From positions 160,001 through 224,000 of the IMG/VR virus record IMGVR_UViG_3300046522_000316: a DNA stretch of 64,000 nt; one strand, given 5' to 3'. Below the pieces are notes generated by a model. That model had not been told where the DNA came from and did no database searches. It saw nothing but the letters and a program-made list of their open reading frames with translations. A program made the position numbers and the translations under genes. This document shows positions 32,327 through 42,030 of this stretch, piece after piece (position 1 is the first letter of the stretch; the number at the start of each line of letters is the position of its first letter). The DNA is from a virus (taxonomy: Duplodnaviria; Caudoviricetes).

Positions 32327-32347
32327 CAAAGGGATTAATTTCCCTCG

Positions 32348-32377
32348 AAAGGGGGCCTTGTGTCCCCTTTTCTTTTT
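32348..32377 (+). terminator. Intrinsic terminator, preceded by a second small hairpin AGGGA-TTAATT-TCCCT at 32330-32345
   Basis: AAAGGGG-GCCTTGTGT-CCCCTTTTCTTTTT. Confidence 0.6.
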
Positions 32378-32389
32378 GGAGAATTTTCT

Positions 32390-33457
32390 ATGTCCCTTTT
32401 GCAACACGACGGATTTGATAACTACGGCACGACTACGCTGAACGGCGTGGGCACCGTCGCAAATATCCAGTGGTTGAGTCGCGGTTATGTGCAGCCTACG
32501 GGCGCCTGTTCCTGCTCGACCGCCTACGGTAAAAACAGTGGTTCGCTTGGCGTTGGTTTGAACGCTGCAACCACCGATCAGGTTTGGATTAAACGTCCGA
32601 TTAAACCTGAATCTTTTTTCTCTACCGGCGTCGCTTACACTCCGACCGTCCGCGTAGTTAAAGGATTTGCTGCACGTTTCGTTCTGCAACCAACGGGCAA
32701 CCTTGTGTTTGCGCGAATCGCGGGCGTGAACGTTTCGGTTGGTTCCGATTGGTACATTTACGTCGATGGCGTGAACACCAATTACCAAATCGAATTGAAC
32801 ATCTGGAACTTTGTTGAACTGGTGGTAGATATCGCCAACAACAAATTCGAGTTGTGGATGAGTGAAGTGAAGATCCTTGAAAAAGCGATCACCGGATACA
32901 CTCTCGATTTTTGGGAGATTCGTTCGCACTTCACCAGCGGCGGTAACACCAGCATTTATCTGCACGTTGACGATCATTATTTGGTGGATGGCGTGGGTTC
33001 GTACAACAACCAACGTATCGGCAAATGCACAACGTTGACCCGTTATCCGACCGCAGATTTTTCGGTGCAAATGACGCCACTGACAGGCACCACGAACTTT
33101 CCGCAGGTCAACCAAGCAACACCAGACGGCGATTCGTCCTACGTGAGTTCGGCCACACCAAACGCGACGGATTTGTACACCAACGTTTCCGCAATTCCAA
33201 CAATCGACGACGCTGCAATCCGTGCAATTTCGATTGCCCCTTCTGTGCGTATGTTGGAACCGGATTCGCTGTCGGTTACTGCCGTTATTAACGTGGGTGG
33301 AACCGAAGCAGTTGGCTACCGGATGAAATTGAAAGCTGCGTCGTACACCAGCGCCGCACACATTTTCGAAGTAAGTCCTGCAACGTCTTTGCCGTGGACA
33401 CCGACAGAAGCACAGAACGTTCGTTTCGGTCAGCGTATTTTGCCGAAACTTCCTTGA
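32390..33457 (+). CDS. Concanavalin-A-like beta-sandwich virion protein
   Basis: MSLLQHDGFDNY start, WNFVELVVD..NNKFELW, HVDDHYL, QRIG; related to the N-terminus of 33472. Confidence 0.6.
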   Translation: MSLLQHDGFDNYGTTTLNGVGTVANIQWLSRGYVQPTGACSCSTAYGKNSGSLGVGLNAATTDQVWIKRPIKPESFFSTGVAYTPTVRVVKGFAARFVLQPTGNLVFARIAGVNVSVGSDWYIYVDGVNTNYQIELNIWNFVELVVDIANNKFELWMSEVKILEKAITGYTLDFWEIRSHFTSGGNTSIYLHVDDHYLVDGVGSYNNQRIGKCTTLTRYPTADFSVQMTPLTGTTNFPQVNQATPDGDSSYVSSATPNATDLYTNVSAIPTIDDAAIRAISIAPSVRMLEPDSLSVTAVINVGGTEAVGYRMKLKAASYTSAAHIFEVSPATSLPWTPTEAQNVRFGQRILPKLP

Positions 33458-33471
33458 TGTAGGGGAAATTT

Positions 33472-35352
33472 ATGGCACTCATTTATGCTGACGATTATCA
33501 GCAGTGGGCGACGGCGGCGAGTGACAATATTCGGGCAGCGGGATTGTATCCGCAATTCTTGGGCCAGAACGTTCCGGGTTATCAGGGCGAAATGCAAGGC
33601 CTCGGAATTTACCAGCCGTCTTACGCGCAAGGGTACGGCGGCGCTAACTCGATTTTGTATTCGCTTTTGTACGACACAACACGTGGCGCATTAATGGCGG
33701 TGCAGCCTCGTTCCCCTGCCGATGGTCAAGCTGCATTGGCCTCGGGCTTGCGCCGGAAATTTGAATACGACGGCGACACGCTTTATTTCGGAACCACGAT
33801 TGAATTCGGTGGCGTTACTCCAATGTACAGCGGCGATTTTCTGATTTTCGGAAATAACCCGGACGGCGTAACGTTCACAGGTTCCGATCAGGTTGGCACC
33901 TACTTGTATGGTGTGGGAATTGATGCGGATGGTTTTTTCACATTCAACGGAATTTCCACAACTGTTCCCGTGTATTACAAACCGGCGACCACGTTGGTTT
34001 ATATCGACGTGGTTTTCACACCAACCACAATGGAACTCTGGATTAACGATGCGAAGGCCGCGACACAATCGCGTCAAAACCTGAAGCTGAAAGAATTCGG
34101 ATTGACTGCCGGGAAATTGGTAAAGGTAACTGCTGCGAATTTCTGTATATGGATTCACAGCGTAATCATTGCCGACAACACGCCGGGATTCGGCCAGCGT
34201 ATCGGGCGCAAGCGTGCAAAGACTGAACAAGTACAAACCACGCCCACAATCGAAACCGGATTAATACCAGTAGCAGGACAAACGGCGTTGGCGATCATCC
34301 GCAAATTCGCCTCGGGGCCGACAAACGAATCCGATGGGAATATGCTCGGCAGCTTGGCGTCACCGTTGCCTTTTGTGCGAAATGATTTCGGTGGTACGCG
34401 CACGGCCACGAAAAAACCGTATGCGACTGCTATGAATATTCAGGTTAAACGTCTATTTCCGTCACCTGACGGGATGGCGGTTCACCCGTATGTGACGATT
34501 GCAGGAACCAAGGTTTACGGGGATAAAGTTTTACCAAGCTCGACATGGAAAATGTTTCACGTGCCGTTTCCAATTGCTGCTGACCAGACGTTTTCCGCTT
34601 TTAACTTCGGTTATGAACACGACTACAAAGACCTCAACAAAGTCTACGCAGTTGATCGACAAAATACCGAAGTATACGGCGACTCTGGTTTGGTTTCCGG
34701 CAATTGGTACAAGGCTACGGATTTGATCGCGTATGACTCCGCACGTTTCACCACTGGCGGGTTCACCGATTACAACAACAAATTCATAGCGCCGCTTTCG
34801 GACACTGCGACACTTCCATACAAAGCCGGGCAGTCGTTTAAATACGGCGAAGGTATTCACCTCGGTGAAGGCGGCGGGCTTTATACGGCGGTTGGTGCGT
34901 TGGCTCCATCCGTGTTTGCGAATCCGTGGACGCTGGATTTTTGGGCTAAAGAAACAGTGGATAACGCAATCACTTCTCTTTGGTTCATGTGTACAGCAAT
35001 CCCTGTCAATTTGAATGACCGTATTTTGATCGGGGTACACGACGTTAGCACCACGAAAATGTCGTTGTGGAATAACACGTCTAACGCACGTTTTATTTCC
35101 ACATGGAACGCCCCGCTTTCCAGCACCGCTTGGCGTCATTGGGCGTTTGTTTTCGACGGTGCAAAAACATCGGTTTATGTTAACGGTGTTTTGGTGGGCA
35201 CACTGGATTACCCTGTCGCGGCTTTCACTTCGCGCCTCGGTATTCAGAACCGCACGTTGCAGACCACCAGCCGCGCAATCATTGAGCGTTATCGTTTGCG
35301 TGCCGGTACTGCGTGGACAGCCAACTTCGATCCGGAAACAATCTACAATTGA
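33472..35352 (+). CDS. Virion protein with a ConA-like N-terminus and a C-terminal LamG-like domain
   Basis: WTLDFW...WRHWAFVFDGAKTSVYVNGVLVG...IERYRL. Confidence 0.7.
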   Translation: MALIYADDYQQWATAASDNIRAAGLYPQFLGQNVPGYQGEMQGLGIYQPSYAQGYGGANSILYSLLYDTTRGALMAVQPRSPADGQAALASGLRRKFEYDGDTLYFGTTIEFGGVTPMYSGDFLIFGNNPDGVTFTGSDQVGTYLYGVGIDADGFFTFNGISTTVPVYYKPATTLVYIDVVFTPTTMELWINDAKAATQSRQNLKLKEFGLTAGKLVKVTAANFCIWIHSVIIADNTPGFGQRIGRKRAKTEQVQTTPTIETGLIPVAGQTALAIIRKFASGPTNESDGNMLGSLASPLPFVRNDFGGTRTATKKPYATAMNIQVKRLFPSPDGMAVHPYVTIAGTKVYGDKVLPSSTWKMFHVPFPIAADQTFSAFNFGYEHDYKDLNKVYAVDRQNTEVYGDSGLVSGNWYKATDLIAYDSARFTTGGFTDYNNKFIAPLSDTATLPYKAGQSFKYGEGIHLGEGGGLYTAVGALAPSVFANPWTLDFWAKETVDNAITSLWFMCTAIPVNLNDRILIGVHDVSTTKMSLWNNTSNARFISTWNAPLSSTAWRHWAFVFDGAKTSVYVNGVLVGTLDYPVAAFTSRLGIQNRTLQTTSRAIIERYRLRAGTAWTANFDPETIYN

Positions 35353-35358
35353 TGCACC

Positions 35359-35388
35359 AAATGCCCTGAGTAAAATCGGGGCATTTTT
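35359..35388 (+). terminator. Intrinsic terminator
   Basis: AAATGCCCTGA-GTAAAA-TCGGGGCATTTTT. Confidence 0.7.
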
Positions 35389-35401
35389 CTAAGGAGTGGC
35401 T

Positions 35402-37522
35402 ATGAAGTTACTGAATACCATCGTGTTGCCAAATCAATTGGCAGCGCAGGGAATTAACCACGTCGCCATTTATCAGAATGGTGCGGTTTCTACTTACCTG
35501 AAAGACAAAATAAATTCCAAACTCACGGCTACAGGGCCAACGACCGCTGTGCCAAATGCACGCACCGTCAGAATCAGTCCGAGCGGTGAATATATCGGTG
35601 TACAGAGCGACACCAAAACCGTGCGCATTCGTAACGGTGTGCAGGAATCTTTCGACAATAACGTTGGTTCTTTCGGCATTGCGGACACGGGCCATATCGT
35701 AATGATCGCGCTGGCGTCTGGCGCCGTGCAGGTTATTGATTCGTCGGTAACGAACCTGACGGTGGCTGTGACCGATGACGACCGTGTGGTGTGTGCGAAA
35801 GGCCGCTACATGGTTTACAACCGGGCACGAACCATCACGGCCAATTACACCGACCTCGTTTTGACGCCGGTTGCGTCTGCAAAAGAAATCGTTTATGTGA
35901 CGCACGATCACAACGGAAAATTCGTTGTGTTTTATTCTGATAATACCTTCAGCTACGACGGCGCAGCGGCCAAGACATTTAACGCTCCGGCCCAAGGCTT
36001 CCGCGATGTAGGCGATCAGATTCTCTGCACCGATATGAAAAACGATTGGGCGCTAAACCATTCCAAACCGCAGGCATTTCCTGAACTGGTGCGCAAATTT
36101 AAATGGACTGTTCCGGCTGATCAGAACACCGATTTTGCCAGCCTTCGTTTGATGGCGCCGGGTTCTGGATTCACCACTGCCAATTTCGATTTGAAAAATG
36201 GTGTGGTTGTACAGGACGCCACCGACGTAACTTCCGTATCTGATTCGCCTTATGGTGTGACGGGCAAAAGCCTTTCGTTCAATGGCACCACGTCCAACCT
36301 GCGCACAGCTGATAGCGCGAATATCACGTTGGGCGCCGCAGATTTCACAATTGAATTGTTTGTAAAAATCAATTCGGGAACCACATCAATTACGACCCTT
36401 GTGCAAAAAGGCGGCGGGGCAACCATCGCTTGGCCTAGCTTTTTGCTTCAGGCGGTTGTTGCATCAAAAGCATTCTGCTTCGCTGCATCTTTCAACAATA
36501 CCGGCGCAGACGTTGGCACATTTGATGGCCCCGGTGCTTGGGGCGCATTTGAATTCGATGTGTGGACTCACATTGCAATCACGCGGAAAGGGAATACTTG
36601 GCGCTGTTTCCAAGACGGTAAACTGCGTGCGAAATATACCGGCAACGGAACGCTGTTCCCTAACACCGGACGCGGTATTACCATCGGCGGCTCGCGTGGC
36701 ACCAACTACACTTCCGGCGCCCTGTACGGCCAGCTGAAAGGTAATGTCAACGGATTCCAAATTCTGAATTATGCGAAATATACGCATGATTTTTATGCGG
36801 AAACTCTTTCCACAACACCGGCCCTGCCATCGAATGGCGTACCGGGTGCAGGTTCTCCGATTGCTGGTGATACCACGTTGGGTTATTACGGCACCGCGAC
36901 TGGCACCGCACTTATTACGGGCGATGCTTTGGCGACCGCAGTTGGATTGTCGGCGGGCGTTTCTGTCAACTCTGATACTCCGTGGTTTAAGTTCGCATCG
37001 AATGGGAAAATTCTGTTCATTCCGAAACTACCGATCCGTTCGAATATCAGTTGGCCGCAGCTTTATGCAGCCGGTTTGGTTTACGGTTTGAATTCTGGTA
37101 TTGGCCCGTTCCCATTGCCAACCGACGCAACTGTGCAGCAAACAAAACGCGTAACAATTAACGGAAACGTTTACAAAGTTCGTTTGATGACTGGCGGTAA
37201 TGCTGACCCGTATCCGAGCGGTGAATTCAACGTGAGCAACCCGGCAAATGCATTGAATTCCGAATATACGCAATTGGTACAGCGTTGCTGGGCACTCGAT
37301 CCAAACGGTGCGCCGTGGGATAACCTTTCCATGGAAGAAATGGGTATTGATGGCGTTCACATTATGTGGTGCCAAGAATCGCATCCGAACGGCCCATTCA
37401 GCCGCGTACATCGTGGTATTTCTGGCCCGGCTGGATTTGGTACGACTGACGGCAATTACACCGACGTTGGCGGTTATACATTCATGTGGCGCCCGGTATT
37501 GGAATTGGTTGGGCCTGCCTAA
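35402..37522 (+). CDS. Fibre/adhesin with a LamG-like domain and a C-terminal jumbo-phage virion-protein-type domain
   Basis: SLSFNG...DFTIELFVK...WTHIAITRKGNTWR.FQDGKL; C-terminal GYYG...LITGDALATAVGL.AG...W.KF..NGKILFIPK.PIR..ISW..LYAAG.VYG. Confidence 0.7.
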   Translation: MKLLNTIVLPNQLAAQGINHVAIYQNGAVSTYLKDKINSKLTATGPTTAVPNARTVRISPSGEYIGVQSDTKTVRIRNGVQESFDNNVGSFGIADTGHIVMIALASGAVQVIDSSVTNLTVAVTDDDRVVCAKGRYMVYNRARTITANYTDLVLTPVASAKEIVYVTHDHNGKFVVFYSDNTFSYDGAAAKTFNAPAQGFRDVGDQILCTDMKNDWALNHSKPQAFPELVRKFKWTVPADQNTDFASLRLMAPGSGFTTANFDLKNGVVVQDATDVTSVSDSPYGVTGKSLSFNGTTSNLRTADSANITLGAADFTIELFVKINSGTTSITTLVQKGGGATIAWPSFLLQAVVASKAFCFAASFNNTGADVGTFDGPGAWGAFEFDVWTHIAITRKGNTWRCFQDGKLRAKYTGNGTLFPNTGRGITIGGSRGTNYTSGALYGQLKGNVNGFQILNYAKYTHDFYAETLSTTPALPSNGVPGAGSPIAGDTTLGYYGTATGTALITGDALATAVGLSAGVSVNSDTPWFKFASNGKILFIPKLPIRSNISWPQLYAAGLVYGLNSGIGPFPLPTDATVQQTKRVTINGNVYKVRLMTGGNADPYPSGEFNVSNPANALNSEYTQLVQRCWALDPNGAPWDNLSMEEMGIDGVHIMWCQESHPNGPFSRVHRGISGPAGFGTTDGNYTDVGGYTFMWRPVLELVGPA

Positions 37523-37554
37523 TCATTAAATGGATTTTAAATAAAGGGGTTCCA

Positions 37555-38316
37555 ATGCGTTTTATTCTAGCCACCGTAATTTATCTATATAGTTCGATGC
37601 TTTGGTGCCAAGAACTGTACGTGCAATCTCAGACGATCACCGATCTTTACGGCTCAGTTTTTCTCGATAAACTGGACGCAAAAAACGTGATATTTCTGGA
37701 ACGGCAAGCGAAACCTCCCGAGGTCAAACACGCCGTAACGCAATACGCCTTGGCGCACAAGTTCGACAAGATAGTGGTACTCGGACAAAAGCAGGATTTG
37801 GAAGGCGATTACTTCCCGATCCTGACGCAATTCGAAGTGCCAGCAATCCTAACCGGATCGCCAGTCTATCTGCTGCAAGGGACGGGCCGTCTCGCGCAAG
37901 AACGAAAGAAAATGTTTGAGAGTTTGAAGCCCGAAGAATTCGAAATCAAAACCGATTACGATCTGCGAAAAGCACTTGTTGCTCTCCAGAAAAAGCCGAA
38001 AGGTTTTATCGTGATCAACGTTTTTACGATGGCGGATTCGTGGGGCGACAAACGCAACTATCAGACAATTGAAGAAACTGTAATCCTGCACAGGACTGGT
38101 CACGTTGAGGTCGGTGTGTGTTACGCCGGATTTAAAACGGCGCTTGCGGTTGGCCCTACAGCCGATCCCATAGACGTAAAAACGGTCTTGGCCTCCGGTA
38201 AATCCGGAAGCTTGTGTGCAAACCTCGACCGTCTGCGTCTACTGGATAGATTGGATCTATATTCGCAGTCGGCAGGGAAATTCTACCGTGTCAATTCTCA
38301 CGCGTTCGACGATTAG
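37555..38316 (+). CDS. Secreted/periplasmic protein, weakly like a periplasmic binding protein
   Basis: Signal-peptide-like MRFILATVIYLYSSMLWC; alternating alpha/beta pattern. Confidence 0.5.
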   Translation: MRFILATVIYLYSSMLWCQELYVQSQTITDLYGSVFLDKLDAKNVIFLERQAKPPEVKHAVTQYALAHKFDKIVVLGQKQDLEGDYFPILTQFEVPAILTGSPVYLLQGTGRLAQERKKMFESLKPEEFEIKTDYDLRKALVALQKKPKGFIVINVFTMADSWGDKRNYQTIEETVILHRTGHVEVGVCYAGFKTALAVGPTADPIDVKTVLASGKSGSLCANLDRLRLLDRLDLYSQSAGKFYRVNSHAFDD

Positions 38317-38572
38317 CAAAGGCATAATCTTGAGCATCGTGGTTGTACTTGTCTGGACAGTGTTCTCATTTAATTGGAACAGGCCGGGCAAACCCACGGT
38401 GCGAGAGAGTTACGAATGCATTGTAAAAATATGCAGTGATCTTCCGGGGGCTGGGGACGCTTGCTTGGTGCAAAAACCTAAAATAACGAAAATAATAATC
38501 AGCGAATTTGATGGCGCTGTGACGGTGCAATTCACCCCAACCACAGATAGGTGCGCCGATGGGAGCGATTGA
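38288..38572 (+). CDS. Small membrane-anchored protein with 4 Cys
   Basis: GTG start at 38288; hydrophobic IILSIVVVLVWTVFSF; overlaps both neighbours. Confidence 0.45.
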   Translation: MSILTRSTISKGIILSIVVVLVWTVFSFNWNRPGKPTVRESYECIVKICSDLPGAGDACLVQKPKITKIIISEFDGAVTVQFTPTTDRCADGSD

Positions 38573-39041
38573 CGTTCTTTACTCCAGTCCGATCCCGGTA
38601 TCATTGGCGATTGGATTCAATCTGATATTGCTGGCTGTCGGCTGGTTGTTTGTTCTGCCATTGCATGAGGAAGTAAAATCCCTTCGTAAGCGGGCTGAAA
38701 ATTTCGACAACAGCTACATTCAGAGTGTTGATGCAATTAAAAAAATGCAGGACGATTTGGACGAAATTCTTGGTGTGGTAAAACACCCGGACACACAGGC
38801 CTTAACGTCTTTGGCAGTTGTTTGCGATTCTTTAATGTCACAGGTAAATGACATTCGCAACAATTTAGGTAAGGAAGACCCGAGGGAACGTGCCGAGCTT
38901 TTGAATTTGCTTGAATCACTTGAACGTAATTCGGAACGTATTCTGCGCACGGTTTCTGATGTAAGCGATAAACAAAGTCAAGTTACGGGCTTAATGCTCG
39001 GATTAGGCATGCAGCGCGGCAACCCGCCACGCGGCGTTTGA
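38559..39041 (+). CDS. Membrane-anchored coiled-coil protein
   Basis: N-terminal TM (LAIGFNLILLAVGWLFVL) followed by heptad helices. Confidence 0.65.
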   Translation: MGAIDVLYSSPIPVSLAIGFNLILLAVGWLFVLPLHEEVKSLRKRAENFDNSYIQSVDAIKKMQDDLDEILGVVKHPDTQALTSLAVVCDSLMSQVNDIRNNLGKEDPRERAELLNLLESLERNSERILRTVSDVSDKQSQVTGLMLGLGMQRGNPPRGV

Positions 39042-39048
39042 GGCTCAT

Positions 39049-39840
39049 ATGGCACCTTTCACTCCTAACAATATCCGTTTTCGTTCCGTCGCCGCGTACA
39101 CTCTTGAGCATTTCTATAGCACGAAAGCTTACATGCTCGACGTGGTGATCAACGAGCAAAACCAATTCAGCGAAGCAGCGAAAGAAACGCTGCTTTTGCT
39201 TTTCAATTCGTACAGTAAATGGGCCACGGATATCGAACAGATATTCCTGAACCGCCCGACGCTGACACGACAGGAAATTGAAGCGACACTGGAAGCCGAA
39301 GCAGAAGTGCAGGCACGCCACCGTCAAATCTTCGAAGAAAATACGCATTTGTTTTTGCCGAAGTTCATCGAGATTTGGTACAGCGTAAACGCCCACACTC
39401 GCAAAGCTTTTCAGACGCTCATTCGCAGCGCAGAAGGACAATCGCATCTTGAGGCCTACCCCATTATCATGGCGGCACTCGGATCGAATCTGCAAAACTG
39501 CATGTACGAACTTTATGAAATTGATTGCTTGCTAGGCGGCGATTTTGTTGAAGACCGTTGCAGTACCAACCGTTCGAACAGTAATCGGATGGTTATTTAC
39601 GTGGACAATTTTGCCCTTGATTATTTTTACAAAACGGGCGTGTTCATGTGTGAAGAAAGGATTCGATACTACAACACAATTGCATGTCGTCGATTACCCA
39701 CCCTCGTTAAAAATCATTCCACCTGTAACCTCAGTTACTCCGGTGTAATCGAAGGGGACGAACCGCTGGCAACCCTTTTGAAGCGGTGCGCAGAATATGT
39801 CGATATTATTGATGTAGAGACGCCGCGAAATCCAGCATAA
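39049..39840 (+). CDS. Hypothetical helical protein (263 aa)
   Basis: RBS GAGG; operon continuity. Confidence 0.65.
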   Translation: MAPFTPNNIRFRSVAAYTLEHFYSTKAYMLDVVINEQNQFSEAAKETLLLLFNSYSKWATDIEQIFLNRPTLTRQEIEATLEAEAEVQARHRQIFEENTHLFLPKFIEIWYSVNAHTRKAFQTLIRSAEGQSHLEAYPIIMAALGSNLQNCMYELYEIDCLLGGDFVEDRCSTNRSNSNRMVIYVDNFALDYFYKTGVFMCEERIRYYNTIACRRLPTLVKNHSTCNLSYSGVIEGDEPLATLLKRCAEYVDIIDVETPRNPA

Positions 39841-39856
39841 GGAAGAGGATTTTCAA

Positions 39857-41524
39857 ATGGCTGCAAATATTAATGGTAGCTTGCGCGTAGCCGGTCAGGT
39901 TCTGAACCTGAAACCGGAAAACCTTGGCGTTGACCCAACGGGCGGCGGTTTGGTTGAATCGCGTCTTTGGTACAACACTGTTTCGAAAGCATTCAAGTTT
40001 TACAACGGCACGGCTGTTGTTGATTTGGCTGCTGGCGGTATTTCGCAAGAAGACCTCGAAACCGCACTTCTGCCGTATGCAGAAACCACCGATGTAAACT
40101 CTGCAATTACCGCCGCCATTACCGATTTGGTTTCTGGCACGGAAATGCAGAACGCAATCGACAACGCGCTGGCTGGTCTGGATTTCCAAGCCGACGTGCT
40201 GGGCCTCGAAGGCGATTACGTTGCAACTCCGGGCCGTTACATTTTTGTTGACGGTGCGAAATTCACTTCTGGCGTTGCTGCCGCTGCTGGCGATATCGTC
40301 ACTGTCGATGCAGCCGGTGTAATTCTGACCGTTGCCTACGATGTTTCCGCTGCTGGCCCCGGTGCTTTGGCGTGGAATCGTGCAGGCGTTGAATGGCTGC
40401 GCTGGAACGGAACCGACTGGGCTGAATTTGGTGGCCTGACTGGTTTCACCGCTGGCGACGGTATCGAAAAAACTGGCGATGTTGTTTCCGTGAAATTGGA
40501 CGGCGCTTCGCTGACCAAATCAGGCGCCGGTTTGAAAGTTGGCGATCTTTCCGCCACCTACGTTACCCCTGCTGCTCAAACCACTGCGATTAACACCGCA
40601 GTTTCTGGCCTGCAATCTGCTGCACAAGTTGCGGCTGCAATCACTGCTGCTGTTGCGGATTTCCAAGACGCGGACGAAGTGAACACCGCTGTTCTGGCGC
40701 TGCTGGTTGATTACGCAAAAAGCGCTGACGTAACTACCGAAATTTCCACCGCAGTTACCGGTTTGGCTTCGACCGTTTCCGTTAACAACGCGATTGCGAA
40801 CGCGCTTTCTGGTCTGGATTTCCAAGCTGACGTTTTGGGTTTGGAAACTGACTACGCTGGCGTTGCTGGTCGTTACATCATGGTCAACGGTTTGTCGGGC
40901 ATTACCGCCGTTGCAAGTAACACCAACGATATCGTGACCGCAGACGGCGCGGGTCAGGAAGTTTCGTTGGATTACGACGTTTCCGATAAAGGGCCGGGCG
41001 CTCTGGTTTGGAACCGTGCGGCTTCGATGTTCATGCGTTGGAACGGCACCACTTGGGCCGAGTTCGGTGGTCTGACTGGTTTTACTGCCGGTGACGGTAT
41101 CGAAAAAACCGGTGACGTTGTTTCGGTTAAAGCCGATGGCGCTTCTATCACTGTTGGAACCAACGGTATTAAAGTCGGTGATTTGTCGGCCACTTATGTG
41201 ACCCCGGCTGCACTGGCAACTGCTACCGCTGATTTCCTTGTGGAAGCAGACGTAACGCCGCTGGCAACTGCCGTTAACAACGTGCAAACGCAATTGGGCG
41301 CGAGTTTCTTTGCGTTCAGTTCGGGCGCCACTTCGGCAACCACTCACACCATCACGCACAACCTGAATTACCAGTGGCCGATTGTGCAACTGGTAGATCC
41401 GACCACCAACCAAATCATCACCGCCGATAGTGTTGAATTTACTTCGGCAAATGAACTGGTTGTAACTCTGTCCGTGGCCGCGACTCTGCGCGCTTCGATC
41501 AGCTGGTTGAACACCACGCCGTAA
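39857..41524 (+). CDS. Fibre/decoration protein with a large internal duplication
   Basis: Two near-identical blocks offset by about 212 aa (LDFQADVLGL...WNG..WAEFGGLTGFTAGDGIEKTGDVVSVK); C-terminal HTITHNLN..PIVQLVD motif. Confidence 0.75.
   Translation: MAANINGSLRVAGQVLNLKPENLGVDPTGGGLVESRLWYNTVSKAFKFYNGTAVVDLAAGGISQEDLETALLPYAETTDVNSAITAAITDLVSGTEMQNAIDNALAGLDFQADVLGLEGDYVATPGRYIFVDGAKFTSGVAAAAGDIVTVDAAGVILTVAYDVSAAGPGALAWNRAGVEWLRWNGTDWAEFGGLTGFTAGDGIEKTGDVVSVKLDGASLTKSGAGLKVGDLSATYVTPAAQTTAINTAVSGLQSAAQVAAAITAAVADFQDADEVNTAVLALLVDYAKSADVTTEISTAVTGLASTVSVNNAIANALSGLDFQADVLGLETDYAGVAGRYIMVNGLSGITAVASNTNDIVTADGAGQEVSLDYDVSDKGPGALVWNRAASMFMRWNGTTWAEFGGLTGFTAGDGIEKTGDVVSVKADGASITVGTNGIKVGDLSATYVTPAALATATADFLVEADVTPLATAVNNVQTQLGASFFAFSSGATSATTHTITHNLNYQWPIVQLVDPTTNQIITADSVEFTSANELVVTLSVAATLRASISWLNTTP
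40153..41212 (+). repeat. In-frame direct repeat pair (about 40153-40577 and 40790-41212) within the 39857 gene
   Basis: DNA-level similarity with mostly synonymous differences. Confidence 0.85.
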
Positions 41525-41541
41525 TTGCTACAAACTAGATC

Positions 41542-41571
41542 GGGGGCCATGTGCCCCCTTTCTTTTCTTTT
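41542..41571 (+). terminator. Intrinsic terminator
   Basis: GGGGGC-CATGT-GCCCCC followed by TTTCTTTTCTTTT. Confidence 0.8.
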
Positions 41572-41591
41572 GTTTCGGGGGAGGATTTTTT

Positions 41592-41762
41592 ATGCTGGTC
41601 TGGATTGATGCAAAACCTGTGAAAAATGAAGCGATGAAACGCAAAATGAAACGCCTGACAAAACGTAAAGTTCTGAACCGTCAAGATACTATCGACGACG
41701 AAGGCCTTACTGCTGGTCAGGGACGCGGGCCGGAAACTCCATTCAATAAACAGGGGCTGTAA
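41592..41762 (+). CDS. Small basic protein (56 aa, below the ORF-track cutoff)
   Basis: Strong RBS GGAGG; MLVWIDAKPVKNEAMKRKMKRLTKRK...; its stop abuts the next start. Confidence 0.6.
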   Translation: MLVWIDAKPVKNEAMKRKMKRLTKRKVLNRQDTIDDEGLTAGQGRGPETPFNKQGL

Positions 41763-41763
41763 A

Positions 41764-42027
41764 ATGGAAACAATCAAAAAATACGGGGGTTATTTTCTGG
41801 CGGGGATTATCTTCGTGCTGTCGATTGCAGCCGTAGTTTTTCAACGCAAAGAAAAACCACAACCCGAGTCCGACACTTTCAAAGGCGACCGACTGGAAGA
41901 CAAGGTGCAGACCGCACCGATTCAGGAAGCGCACGAACACATCATAGAAACCTTGAAGCCCGTTCCAAAGACGGAATCCAAGGATATGGCGAGCGCGATT
42001 GACGCGTGGAAAAAAGCAGGAGATTAG
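41764..42027 (+). CDS. N-terminally anchored membrane protein (i-spanin-like candidate)
   Basis: KKYGG followed by a TM (YFLAGIIFVLSIAAVVF), then a charged helical tail; in the lysis cassette. Confidence 0.5.
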   Translation: METIKKYGGYFLAGIIFVLSIAAVVFQRKEKPQPESDTFKGDRLEDKVQTAPIQEAHEHIIETLKPVPKTESKDMASAIDAWKKAGD

Positions 42028-42030
42028 ATT

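Noticed and set aside
40153-41212. Repeat pair as a diversity-generating retroelement TR/VR
   Set aside because: Both copies are in-frame in one gene, the mismatches are not adenine-specific, and no reverse transcriptase is visible in the window.
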